Shown here in pieces: positions 1 through 9,350 of a DNA stretch of 64,000 nucleotides. A program made the position numbers and the translations under genes. The DNA is from Nitrosopumilus sp. (GTDB lineage: Archaea; Thermoproteota; Nitrososphaeria; Nitrososphaerales; Nitrosopumilaceae): NCBI GenBank assembly GCA_965218785.1, contig OZ244650.1, positions 544,001 to 608,000 of the forward strand, given 5' to 3'. Under the pieces are notes generated by a model, which was given only the letters and a program-made list of their open reading frames with translations, did not search any database and was not told where the DNA came from. Position 1 is the stretch's first letter. Every line of letters starts with the position of its first letter.

Positions 1-121
1 AAAGGGCGGAGCTGATGGATTCACGCAAGAGGAGATCAACCAATGTGGGGAGATCTCAGTTAGGGTCGGCGCAAAAATAAGAGAACAGTTAAAACAAGCC
101 CAGCAGCAGGCAGGCCAATAA
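1..121 (+). CDS. rrp42: Exosome complex subunit Rrp42, C-terminal fragment (gene begins before the window)
   Basis: Frame 2 reads KGGADGFTQEEINQCGEISVRVGAKIREQL...*, matching the (Q)KGG.G.F C-terminus of RNase PH-like Rrp42; lies directly upstream of rpl37ae as in the archaeal exosome superoperon. Confidence 0.8.
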   Translation, partial: KGGADGFTQEEINQCGEISVRVGAKIREQLKQAQQQAGQ

Positions 122-122
122 A

Positions 123-335
123 ATGGCAAAAGCAAAAAAATCCCTCAAGGGACTTGGGGCGCGGTACGGAATCAAACTTCGAAAACAGTATACAAAAATC
201 CATCTTCAACTAAAGGAGAAGAGAACCTGCCCAGAATGCGGTTCAAAGACGTTTGGCCGGGATGCCGTGGGGATCTGGTCGTGCAAGAAATGCAGCTACA
301 AGGTGGCCGGAACGGCATACGATGTTAAATTATAG
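123..335 (+). CDS. rpl37ae: 50S ribosomal protein L37ae (eL43)
   Basis: GARYG motif, CPEC...GIWSCKKC zinc ribbon, AGTAY. Confidence 0.95.
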   Translation: MAKAKKSLKGLGARYGIKLRKQYTKIHLQLKEKRTCPECGSKTFGRDAVGIWSCKKCSYKVAGTAYDVKL

Positions 336-564
336 TGCAAAAATAACAGTTGATGCCAAGGACAGGACAAAGGCAGTTTTTGATTCTGTAAATATTGACA
401 ATGAGTTTTATCCGGAAAATCCCGTAAAAACCAAGATGACATTTGACAAAGAGATCGTCATTTCAGTTGAATCCAACCACCTGCCACACCTTAGAGCAAA
501 CCTCAATTCCACACTTAGACTGATTCAGGCCAGCTATGATTCAATTGAATCGGTAAAGATATAA
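322..564 (+). CDS. pcc1: KEOPS complex subunit Pcc1
   Basis: ATG at 322 gives 80 aa with the LRANLNSTLRLI motif; conserved position between rpl37ae and prefoldin. Confidence 0.8.
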   Translation: MLNYSAKITVDAKDRTKAVFDSVNIDNEFYPENPVKTKMTFDKEIVISVESNHLPHLRANLNSTLRLIQASYDSIESVKI

Positions 565-587
565 TGAAACGGAATTTGTGATCATAC

Positions 588-977
588 ATGTCATCCCCGC
601 AGATGCCTCCATGGCTTCAGGAACAACTAATGAGATTACAGCAAACCCAGCAGGATCTCCAGTCAGTCATGACTCAGATGCAGCATCTTGATATTGAAGG
701 AGCCGAAACAGAAAAGGCCCTTGAGGAACTAAAAAAGGCAGCAGACGATGACGTCGTATTCAAGCACGCAGGCACTGTCCTAATCAAATCAACAAAACAG
801 GAACTAACGGCTCAACTAGAAGAAAGACAGGCCATGACCAAAACGCGCCGGATAGTCATTGAAAAGCAGCAGACACGTCTCAAGGAATCCCTCAAAGAGC
901 AGGAGACGAAAATTACCGAAATGATGAAAACCGGTTCTACAGTCTCTTCCCCGACAGAAGACAATCCTAGGAAATAG
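588..977 (+). CDS. pfdB: Prefoldin beta subunit
   Basis: Coiled-coil/beta-hairpin pattern (PPWLQEQL...VFKHAGTVLIK) and synteny. Confidence 0.92.
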   Translation: MSSPQMPPWLQEQLMRLQQTQQDLQSVMTQMQHLDIEGAETEKALEELKKAADDDVVFKHAGTVLIKSTKQELTAQLEERQAMTKTRRIVIEKQQTRLKESLKEQETKITEMMKTGSTVSSPTEDNPRK

Positions 978-1029
978 CATTCTGAATAAATTTCAAACAA
1001 GATATTAACAAATCATTTCAACTAACATC

Positions 1030-1722
1030 ATGAAGCCGGAGAATCTTCGAATAATCGTAGATGAAAGGGAGCGAAAAAGCGGAATCCCCGAACTTTTAAA
1101 ATCAGTCGGTCTGAACATGGAGATGAAGACACTTCCAATCGGGGATTACATTGTTGCACCAGAAACCGTTGTAGAAAGAAAAACCATCCGTGATCTAATG
1201 TCGTCCATATTTGATGGAAGACTCTTTGATCAGTGCTCCCGACTCAAGGAGCACTTTGAACATCCGATTCTCCTAATTGAAGGCAATGTTGATGAAATCG
1301 AGGACATTACTGAGAACCCGCTGGTATTTTATGGTTCCATCTCCGCTGTAGTTCTTGACTTTAAAATTCCGGTAATACCGACTCCTAGTGCGGCCCATAC
1401 TGCCAAGCTGTTGGTGTCGATGTGTTCAAAAAAGTATTCCGCAAAGGGCCCTTATCTGAAAAGAATCAAAAAATCCTCGGATTTGGAGAAACAACAACTC
1501 TCGGTTCTTTGCAGCCTGCCGGGAATAGGGGAAAAATTTGCAGTCCGAATGCTTGAAAGGTTTGGAACTCCTTTCAAAGTTTTTACTGCGACTGCCGCTG
1601 ATCTTGCAAAGGTGGATGGACTGGGTCAGGCGCGTGCAAAGAAGATCAAAAAAATGCTCGATTCCAAAAGCAAGCTTTTTAAAAAATCCAGTCAAAAGAC
1701 ACTGCATGATGCCAGCACTTGA
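1030..1722 (+). CDS. xpf: ERCC4-domain structure-specific nuclease (short XPF) with HhH repeats
   Basis: IIVDERE, GDY, VERKT motifs; C-terminal LPGIG/VDGLG HhH motifs. Confidence 0.9.
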   Translation: MKPENLRIIVDERERKSGIPELLKSVGLNMEMKTLPIGDYIVAPETVVERKTIRDLMSSIFDGRLFDQCSRLKEHFEHPILLIEGNVDEIEDITENPLVFYGSISAVVLDFKIPVIPTPSAAHTAKLLVSMCSKKYSAKGPYLKRIKKSSDLEKQQLSVLCSLPGIGEKFAVRMLERFGTPFKVFTATAADLAKVDGLGQARAKKIKKMLDSKSKLFKKSSQKTLHDAST

Positions 1723-1735
1723 TATGAATTATCAG

Positions 1736-2239
1736 TTATTCGTTGGATAGAATCGCAGATTCATTCTTGAGCAGCTTTCTCTTTAGCGGGGTTGCACACA
1801 TCGGGCACTCTTTTGCACCTGAATGCTCTGTTCTACATCCCGGACAGTAGTGAATCCATTTTCCCACGGTTTTGATTCCCTGGGTCATTATTGGTGATAT
1901 CTTCAAACCCAGATTTTTTATCACGTTTGAAATTGCAAAATCATCACTGATTATCTCCCCGTTCATCTCTATGCACAATGCAATAATTGAAATATCCTGC
2001 TTTGATAACTGTGGAAGATCCCCCGTATCCCTTGCCGCCCTTGTTGCAGTAGCCGTTGATTCCTTCTCCGGCTCTCTGATTTTTAACCTGTTGGTTTCAA
2101 GCAGGGTTCCAAGCACGTCGTGACTTTTTTTTATATGCTTGATTTCCTCATAAACCAGGGAAGTCGTATAGCAGTCATTTGATGATCTAAATGGCACCCC
2201 TGCATAAAACGCACTAGCGTCTAAAATCCTATAGTCCAT
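1736..2239 (-). CDS. nob1: Nob1-like PIN endoribonuclease with Zn ribbon
   Basis: ILDASAF, LSKQD, SDDFAI PIN motifs; CPGC...CPMC. Confidence 0.88.
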   Translation of the reverse strand: MDYRILDASAFYAGVPFRSSNDCYTTSLVYEEIKHIKKSHDVLGTLLETNRLKIREPEKESTATATRAARDTGDLPQLSKQDISIIALCIEMNGEIISDDFAISNVIKNLGLKISPIMTQGIKTVGKWIHYCPGCRTEHSGAKECPMCATPLKRKLLKNESAILSNE

Positions 2240-2527
2240 CTTTATGTGGTTCCTTGGTTTCCAGTCATTTTATCTGCGGGCCGTTCATCACAAATACGTA
2301 TAATGTCAAAAGTAATTCTGCCGTTTTCTGATTTTAGCACTGGGTAATAATCAAGAATGACGTGTTATAAGTGTGAATGTCATTTGACCAGTCCCCCGTG
2401 TCTTTGTTAGATGTCACCAGGATGTCCAACATCATACGTGTGTTCTGAATGGAGGGCACATGAAAAAACATCGTAGATGAGGTCATGGCTAGGATTTAGG
2501 GCAGGTGACTCATACTCACCAAACCTG

Positions 2528-3343
2528 TTAGAATCCAAGCTTGCTCATCTGTCTTAACCCGCGTTTCTTCAGTCTTACAAAGACTGCCGGTTTTTTGTAC
2601 TTTCTGATAATTATCGATTCCCCGTATCCTGCAGATTTGACAACCTGGGCATCCATCACGATATTACAATCATGGGAACACGTGATCTCAATCTTTTCAT
2701 CTGGAACCACGATCGATTCGAGTCTGTATACTGGCGCGACAGGTGTGATGATTAGAACATCCAGACTTTCATGTAAAATCGGACCGCCCAGTGAAAATGA
2801 GTGGCCAGTTGATCCGCTGGGGGTTGCAATGATCACGCCGTCCATCTTTTGTTTTACGTTATCGTTTTGAAATTTTATCTGAATCTCTGCAGTCTTTGTC
2901 AGGTTTGTCCTGCTGATGTATATCTCGTTTAATGCCGGTGGAAATTCCTTCCCCTCACAGGATGCCATTACCCTTGTTCTTTTGTCCAAGAAGAACTTGT
3001 CCTTTAAAATCTGATCAATTGCCTCATCAAACTCTTCGATTGTTATTTCAGATAAAATCCCCCTGTTTCCGCCCACGTTGATTGTCAAAATCGGCGTCTC
3101 GTTTTCGAGATTTCTAAATACACGAAGCGTGGTTCCGTCTCCCCCCAGGGTAATGACAAGATCAAGTTTTATCTTTCTCAGATCTTCTAGTGCCTCAATC
3201 TTTTTTGCCCCCTCCACCTGAACCGGTGAAATCGTGTAGACTGTGGATTTTTTTATCAAAAGCTTTCTTACAACATTGTCTGCCGCCCTTTCTGAATCAC
3301 TTGATCCAACCTTGCTTACTACTGCGACTTTTTGTAGTTTCAA
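2528..3343 (-). CDS. nadK: NAD kinase
   Basis: GGDGT, NE and ATPSGSTGHSFSLGGP motifs. Confidence 0.95.
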   Translation of the reverse strand: MKLQKVAVVSKVGSSDSERAADNVVRKLLIKKSTVYTISPVQVEGAKKIEALEDLRKIKLDLVITLGGDGTTLRVFRNLENETPILTINVGGNRGILSEITIEEFDEAIDQILKDKFFLDKRTRVMASCEGKEFPPALNEIYISRTNLTKTAEIQIKFQNDNVKQKMDGVIIATPSGSTGHSFSLGGPILHESLDVLIITPVAPVYRLESIVVPDEKIEITCSHDCNIVMDAQVVKSAGYGESIIIRKYKKPAVFVRLKKRGLRQMSKLGF

Positions 3344-3533
3344 ACAGTTCTTCTGTATCCTATTTACTTAAAAATGATATTTTTACAGGCTTTAATGATG
3401 TGCTGATGGTAAGAACAGGTGGAAGATCATCATTTAAAACGGTCTTTACAAAGAAAAACCAGTTTGGGTCTCAAAGATTGCCACGAACCAACCAGAAAAA
3501 CAATTAAGTATGCCAGAGAAATACGTACAATCC

Positions 3534-4379
3534 ATGAGTTATGCACATCCTGAAGTCCTAGTAGACACCGAATGGATATCACAAAACCCGCCCAATGAAA
3601 ACAGGCGACTAGTCGAGGTTGATTATGACCCTGTAAACGGATACCAAAAGGGTCACATCAGTGGCGCCAGCCTTATCTGGTGGAAACGCGACATTAATGA
3701 TCCGGTAACACGGGACATTATTGGCAAGAAACAATTCGAGGCGCTAATGTCCAAAAACGGAATCACATCTGATAGCGAGGTCATTCTTTATGGCGACTTT
3801 AACAACTGGTTTGCCGCATTTGTCTTCTGGGTTTTCAAATATTACGGACATGAGAATCTAAGGATTATGAACGGTGGAAGAAAAAAATGGGAGCTAGAAG
3901 GCAGGAACTATACCACCGATGAGCCACAATCCCCACAGACAGCATACCATGCACAGCCCCCAGATGAGGGACTGCGCGCTTATCTGTTTGATGTAAGCAG
4001 GGCGCTGGGAAGAGAGGATACCGTAATGGTCGATGTAAGATCTCCTGCCGAATTTTCCGGAAAGATCACCGCCCCTCCAGAGTATCCAACAGAGCATGCA
4101 CAAAGGGGCGGGCATATTCCAGATGCAAACAACATCCCATGGGCTACTGCGGTAAATGATGCTGATGGAACATTCAAAACGGCAGAGGAATTAAGACAAA
4201 ACTACGAACCAAAGGGTGTTACTCCCGACAAGGATGTAATCTGTTACTGCAGAATCGGGGAGAGGTCCTCGCACAGCTGGTTTGTCTTAAAGTACCTGCT
4301 GGGATACTCCAAAGTTCGAAACTATGACGGTTCCTGGACTGAATGGGGAAATATGATAGGAAACCCCGTGGAAAAATAA
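3534..4379 (+). CDS. Thiosulfate/3-mercaptopyruvate sulfurtransferase (tandem rhodanese)
   Basis: GHIPDA, active loop YCRIGERS, YDGSWTEW signature; alternative start at 3510. Confidence 0.93.
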   Translation: MSYAHPEVLVDTEWISQNPPNENRRLVEVDYDPVNGYQKGHISGASLIWWKRDINDPVTRDIIGKKQFEALMSKNGITSDSEVILYGDFNNWFAAFVFWVFKYYGHENLRIMNGGRKKWELEGRNYTTDEPQSPQTAYHAQPPDEGLRAYLFDVSRALGREDTVMVDVRSPAEFSGKITAPPEYPTEHAQRGGHIPDANNIPWATAVNDADGTFKTAEELRQNYEPKGVTPDKDVICYCRIGERSSHSWFVLKYLLGYSKVRNYDGSWTEWGNMIGNPVEK

Positions 4380-4691
4380 TTGCCTTTAGATCTTTTGGTT
4401 CTTGAAGAGGGGTCCTTTTATTTTATCAAAGACGGCAAAAATGATTTTATCCTGGAGGATAAAACCAAGCGGGGTCTTGCAGTTAAAGAGACGTCAATTG
4501 ATGAGAAATTAGGCGTAAATGCCGACAAGGGCATGATACATGACATGGATGGAATCGGACACCCGGTCCCCATCAGATGGTATTTTTCCAAGGATTCCCA
4601 CGATCTGCCCCACGTGGTACAGCATGCCAAGACAATGGAGGAAAAATACACCCGACTCCGGGAGCTTACCTGTCCTGATGGCGATGACTAA
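4380..4691 (+). CDS. Hypothetical protein abutting the rhodanese gene
   Basis: TTG start immediately after rhodanese stop; 103 aa with protein-like composition, ends ELTCPDGDD. Confidence 0.7.
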   Translation: MPLDLLVLEEGSFYFIKDGKNDFILEDKTKRGLAVKETSIDEKLGVNADKGMIHDMDGIGHPVPIRWYFSKDSHDLPHVVQHAKTMEEKYTRLRELTCPDGDD

Positions 4692-4723
4692 ACCTTTTTA
4701 AATAAATTCAAGTTACGATAACC

Positions 4724-5671
4724 ATGTCATTACTGCTAAAAGATCGGGTCTGGTCAATGGAGACCTCCACTGCAAAGCGCGGTGTTTACCCGTTACATGG
4801 ATACAAAATCGGGCTTTATCGGTTACCCATCACACTTGAGGATCCTGCGGAACTAAAATCCGTCCATGACGGCCTCAAAAAGACATTCGAGATGGACATG
4901 TATGCAGACAGAATCTTTGCAACGTACAGCTGGATGGAACAAAACATGAAAGATCCTGATGCAAAGAGATACGAAAAGGCTGATCTGTCAGTTACAGTAG
5001 AAATTGTTACCGGCGAGGTCGTTGATATTATTTATCAAATCTTTCCGATTGAAAAATTCGGCGATCCCAACTGGGTTCGAGATTACAGAAAAAAGGCAGA
5101 TCATTTTGCAAAGATGGTAATTGATACCATTTTACGTAACACCATACTGGCAGACAAGATGATCTCCTATTATGTAAAGACTGAAAAAATCTCCGAGGTT
5201 GCAGCCATCCAAAAGCTCGAAGAACTCACGCCACTGGCAAAAATTGTTCTTGGTGCAAAAGCAAGGGCAATTGAAGCTACAGAGGATGATGATGAGGAAG
5301 ATGACAGTGCCATTGAAATTCCAGACGGTGCCAAACCCGGCCCAATCGACGTTGAATTCAAATCAAAAATAAAACCCTCTGCCTCATACGATGCCCCCGA
5401 ACACACTATCAAGACATGGGGAAGAAGGGGTACAAGCAACGGAATCATGGGAGTCTGGGGGGAGTTTGTTTCAGTGGACTATGATATCTGTATCGCAGAT
5501 GGCGGATGCATCGAGGCATGTCCTGTGGAAGTCTACGAGTGGTTTGATGCCCCCGGAAACCCCGCATCTGCTAAAAAGCCGCTAATGTCAAAAGAACCTG
5601 ACTGTATTTTCTGTCTTGCCTGTGAAGGAGTCTGTCCGCCTCAGGCAATCAAGATCTTTGAGCAAAAATAG
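4724..5671 (+). CDS. Ferredoxin fusion: N-terminal unknown domain, acidic linker, C-terminal dicluster (3Fe-4S/4Fe-4S) Zfx-like ferredoxin
   Basis: CIADGGCIEACP and CIFCLACEGVCP motifs; EDDDEEDD linker. Confidence 0.88.
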   Translation: MSLLLKDRVWSMETSTAKRGVYPLHGYKIGLYRLPITLEDPAELKSVHDGLKKTFEMDMYADRIFATYSWMEQNMKDPDAKRYEKADLSVTVEIVTGEVVDIIYQIFPIEKFGDPNWVRDYRKKADHFAKMVIDTILRNTILADKMISYYVKTEKISEVAAIQKLEELTPLAKIVLGAKARAIEATEDDDEEDDSAIEIPDGAKPGPIDVEFKSKIKPSASYDAPEHTIKTWGRRGTSNGIMGVWGEFVSVDYDICIADGGCIEACPVEVYEWFDAPGNPASAKKPLMSKEPDCIFCLACEGVCPPQAIKIFEQK

Positions 5672-5725
5672 TACAAATTCCTCGCAAGTATAAATAGCGA
5701 ATAGTAATTCTGAGAAACTAGGGAC

Positions 5726-7789
5726 ATGGCAGCCAACCCTTTTACACAACTTGTGTTTGATCTGTTTATTATTTCAGCTGTGATAATCACTGCATACACA
5801 TGCAACTTTTACTATCTTGCATTCCTTTCTCGAAAAAGAAAGGACATTATGCCTACTGTTGATCTGGGAACCCCGTCAATTACGATACAGCTGCCAATAT
5901 ACAATGAAAAATATGTTGCAAAACGTCTTGTGGATTCGGTGTGTACCATGGACTATCCAAAATCGAAGATGAGGATCATGGTACTAGATGACTCTGATGA
6001 TGACACCGTGGGTCTGCTTGAAGATACAGTTGATAATTACAGGAACCAGGGATTTCAGATTGAACATGTCCGACGCGGAACCAGAAAGGGGTACAAGGCA
6101 GGGGCATTAAAGCACGCCATGCAGACGACTGACACGGAACTTGTTGCAATCTTTGATGCCGACTTTATTCCGCCCAAATGGTTTCTCAAAAGAGCCATCC
6201 CTCATTTTTCAAAACCAAACATCGGACTCATCCAGTGTCGGTGGGGTCATGTAAACGAAAATTACTCTGCAATCACCCAGGCACAGGCACTGAGTCTTGA
6301 CTTTCACTTTCTTATCGAACAAAAGGCCAAAAGCAACTCACACCTGTTTATGAACTTTAATGGCACTGCCGGAATTTGGAAACGTGACTGTATTGTGGAT
6401 GCCGGCGGCTGGCACTCTGCCACGCTAGTTGAGGATCTCGACCTTAGTTACAGGGCACAGATGAAGGGCTGGAAGTGCGTCTTTCTGCCAGACATTGTAG
6501 TTGATGCAGAACTGCCCGTTCAGATGAACGCAGCTAAAAGACAGCAGTTTCGCTGGGCCAAGGGCTCCATTCAATGTGCGATAAAACTGCTTACTGATAT
6601 AACCGTCAAACGCAAGGTGGCAGTGGAGGCAAAGATTCAGGCCTTCATACAACTGACCCGCCACATCGTCTATCCGCTAATGCTGATACAGTTTCTGACA
6701 CTGCCGATTCTGCTGGCAGCAGAGATTAACCTGTATGTCGTAAGCGTTATTCCTGCCATAACCATTGCAACATATCTTGCAATGGGTCCTGGCGCATACA
6801 TCGTAATTATTCAGGGCATGTATCACGAGTCATGGAAGTCCAAGGCAAAGATACTGCCTGCACTGCTAATCTATAACGCCGGAATGTCAGTCAACAATAC
6901 AGTTGCCGTCTTTGATGCGGTATTTGGAAAGAGTAACGAATTTCTCAGAACCCCCAAATATGGAATCATTACAAAAGATGATGACTGGAAAAACAAGGCA
7001 TACAATCTGCCCTTCACACAGACGACCCTTCTGGAAATATTTTTTGGCGTGTATGGAATAATGGGGATATTTGTCGCGATATTTTCAAACAATTCCATAT
7101 TTGTACCGATAATTGCGCTTCAGGCCATAGGCTTTTTCTTTATTGCCTACATGAGCCTGTCCCATACACAGTTTAAAAGAAATAAATCCGGCGCCGCTCG
7201 GGTACTGACTAGGAGCGAGAAGATGGCCGATATTATCTACAAACTATCCATGATTGGAATTGCTGGAATCATAGTTTTTGGAGGATATATGGCCATTACG
7301 GGGTACCATGCCGATATCTACCCGCTTGATCTGATGAGGGGATACATGACTGCGATAATCGGCTCATCTGATCCGACTGCGATTCGCTCCTATTTGACTA
7401 CAACGCAGGTACAGATGGATATTATCTTAGAAAAACTGCCTGAAATGACAGGCATCGACGGCAAGATCTCTAAAAACCCTGTATGGCTGTTTCCCACCGA
7501 GGCTACAAACTTTCTAAGAATACAAAATGATATAGACACCATGATGGCAAGCATTGAAAAAATATCAACGGTTCCAAGGGACAGTTCTGCATACCATACT
7601 GGAATGCTGGATCTCAATGACAGGGCCATATCTTTGAGGGCCGATATCGTAGATGCCACTCCGTACATGTACGTGCAGATTCAAAACATTATCTTCAGTG
7701 TCATCTGGATTGTCGCCATATTGGGAATATTTGCTACATTAAAACGAAAGAAGGATCGTCTCATGAAAGTCGATGAATCCGGAGTTTAA
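5726..7789 (+). CDS. Processive GT2 glycosyltransferase (cellulose synthase-like/CslA-type) with extra C-terminal membrane-anchored domain
   Basis: LDDS, KAG, DAD, VED and QQFRW (D,D,D,QxxRW) motifs; multiple TM segments. Confidence 0.9.
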   Translation: MAANPFTQLVFDLFIISAVIITAYTCNFYYLAFLSRKRKDIMPTVDLGTPSITIQLPIYNEKYVAKRLVDSVCTMDYPKSKMRIMVLDDSDDDTVGLLEDTVDNYRNQGFQIEHVRRGTRKGYKAGALKHAMQTTDTELVAIFDADFIPPKWFLKRAIPHFSKPNIGLIQCRWGHVNENYSAITQAQALSLDFHFLIEQKAKSNSHLFMNFNGTAGIWKRDCIVDAGGWHSATLVEDLDLSYRAQMKGWKCVFLPDIVVDAELPVQMNAAKRQQFRWAKGSIQCAIKLLTDITVKRKVAVEAKIQAFIQLTRHIVYPLMLIQFLTLPILLAAEINLYVVSVIPAITIATYLAMGPGAYIVIIQGMYHESWKSKAKILPALLIYNAGMSVNNTVAVFDAVFGKSNEFLRTPKYGIITKDDDWKNKAYNLPFTQTTLLEIFFGVYGIMGIFVAIFSNNSIFVPIIALQAIGFFFIAYMSLSHTQFKRNKSGAARVLTRSEKMADIIYKLSMIGIAGIIVFGGYMAITGYHADIYPLDLMRGYMTAIIGSSDPTAIRSYLTTTQVQMDIILEKLPEMTGIDGKISKNPVWLFPTEATNFLRIQNDIDTMMASIEKISTVPRDSSAYHTGMLDLNDRAISLRADIVDATPYMYVQIQNIIFSVIWIVAILGIFATLKRKKDRLMKVDESGV

Positions 7790-9156
7790 GGAATATTTAG
7801 ATCCCTTCTAATTTCATCTACTGCCCTGATTCCGTAAATATCCCTTACCTGTTGAATTCTTACGGCCTCTTTTAGCATGTCCCTTCCAATTGCATTAGTC
7901 AGAATCGAGTAGACGTCACTGAATCGAATCTCCCATCTGTCTGCACAATCCAAGATCTTACTTACCGCCCACTGTCTTACCTCGTGTGGCAGTGGAATCT
8001 TTTCGCCTGACTCGATTGAAATCCTGTCAAACAGATTGACGATATCTGCAGTCTGTGCTGCCATTATTTCAAGATCCTTGGAATTCCCATATTTTGACTC
8101 TGTGTTCATTCTGATGTTTGACTGATATTCGGAGAGCTTTAGCAGTGCCATCATCTCTTTTGACGAGTCAGTTGATGTCTTGCTTGTAACGCTTTTGAGC
8201 GATTGCAACTCTTCAAACAACCTCTCGGATTTTTTATGAAATTCCGCAGTGGATACATCCTGTCTTTTTACGATTTCTGAAACCGAAGACATTTCCCCTT
8301 CAATCCTGCCTATCTTGTCTTCAAGCTCCTTTATTGATTCTAGGCTCAGCCCCTCCACGGAACTAGTCTTTAATGCTATGGTGTCAAACTGCTGCCTGAG
8401 CCCGTCTATTACACCGCCCAATGAATCAATCTTTGATGCCTTGGATGATATGGCATCAATTGTTATCTTGATTGCATCAAGTTCTGCGTTAAGCTTTGCT
8501 TGGTCTCCTGTCTCCTCTACAATCCTTCCAAGTTCCTCTTTGAGACTCTTGAGAACTTGGTCTCCTGCCTCCAACTTTACGGTCTTTCCTGAAATCTCAT
8601 CTATGCTGTTTTTCAATCTGTTTATCTCAGAGCCGATCTGCATGATTGAATCGGTCTTTCCGGAAACATTCCTGAGATCATCTCTTACCTCGTCGATTCT
8701 TTGTGCAATTTTGATGATCATCTCGGAGTTATTTTTAATCGAATGTATGCTGTCTTCTACCTGTTTGGATAACTCTTGGGATTTTGATGCCTTTTGTAAT
8801 TCTGTGACACTGTTAATCTCCTGTTGCAGTCTGTCAGTTTGATTATTAATCTTGCTTATCATGCTAGACTGTGTTCTTACCTGGTTTAATCCCGCGTACA
8901 ACTTTTGCGTGTCCTCCTCTATGATGTTGATCTGCCTTGATTGTTTTTGAATGTGCTCCAATGTTGATGTCAGCGTATCTATCATGCCCTTCATTGATAT
9001 CAGAACCTTTTGATTATCCCCGAAAATTTTTGACATTGCCTTGATCTCCTTTTGCAATGCCTTGTTGGAATCTGAAACCGATGCCACTTTCTTTAGTAAT
9101 GCTGATGGACTCGGCTCCCTGCCAGCTTTTTTCTTTACTGTCTTTTTGATGGCCAT
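7786..9156 (-). CDS. Long coiled-coil protein of unknown function
   Basis: ~350 aa of heptad-rich sequence, basic N-terminus, globular C-terminus; start taken at MAIKK (ATG 9156). Confidence 0.8.
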   Translation of the reverse strand: MAIKKTVKKKAGREPSPSALLKKVASVSDSNKALQKEIKAMSKIFGDNQKVLISMKGMIDTLTSTLEHIQKQSRQINIIEEDTQKLYAGLNQVRTQSSMISKINNQTDRLQQEINSVTELQKASKSQELSKQVEDSIHSIKNNSEMIIKIAQRIDEVRDDLRNVSGKTDSIMQIGSEINRLKNSIDEISGKTVKLEAGDQVLKSLKEELGRIVEETGDQAKLNAELDAIKITIDAISSKASKIDSLGGVIDGLRQQFDTIALKTSSVEGLSLESIKELEDKIGRIEGEMSSVSEIVKRQDVSTAEFHKKSERLFEELQSLKSVTSKTSTDSSKEMMALLKLSEYQSNIRMNTESKYGNSKDLEIMAAQTADIVNLFDRISIESGEKIPLPHEVRQWAVSKILDCADRWEIRFSDVYSILTNAIGRDMLKEAVRIQQVRDIYGIRAVDEIRRDLNIP

Positions 9157-9217
9157 ACAAATCAAATTAAAATGTTAATGATAAAAAAGTTGGGAATAAA
9201 ATAAAAAATGTAAAGAG

Positions 9218-9325
9218 TTACTTGTTTACAACTTTGGGCTCGTGAAGTAATTCATGAAAGGTCTTTTCGGCTAGACCGTTTGCAGTCTCTATGAACCCTC
9301 TTGTACAGTATTCGCATTGAATCAT
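9218..9325 (-). CDS. 35-aa C2H2-type zinc-finger micro-protein
   Basis: Manual translation MIQCEYCTRGFIETANGLAEKTFHELLHEPKVVNK; TATA-like TTATTAA 24 nt upstream; T-rich tract downstream. Confidence 0.7.
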   Translation of the reverse strand: MIQCEYCTRGFIETANGLAEKTFHELLHEPKVVNK

Positions 9326-9350
9326 ATAGTACGGTATGGTACCGTACTAT
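9326..9350. promoter_or_regulatory. Perfect 11-bp inverted repeat (operator-like)
   Basis: ATAGTACGGTA-TGG-TACCGTACTAT between the TATA box and start codon of the 35-aa ORF. Confidence 0.6.

Noticed and set aside
2242-2520. Stop-codon recoding (Sec/Pyl) in the interrupted frame
   Set aside because: The stops are TAA, TGA, TAA; TAA is not recoded
7786-9156. Methyl-accepting chemotaxis protein or SMC
   Set aside because: No MCP hairpin signature, TM segments or Walker motifs; generic coiled coil only
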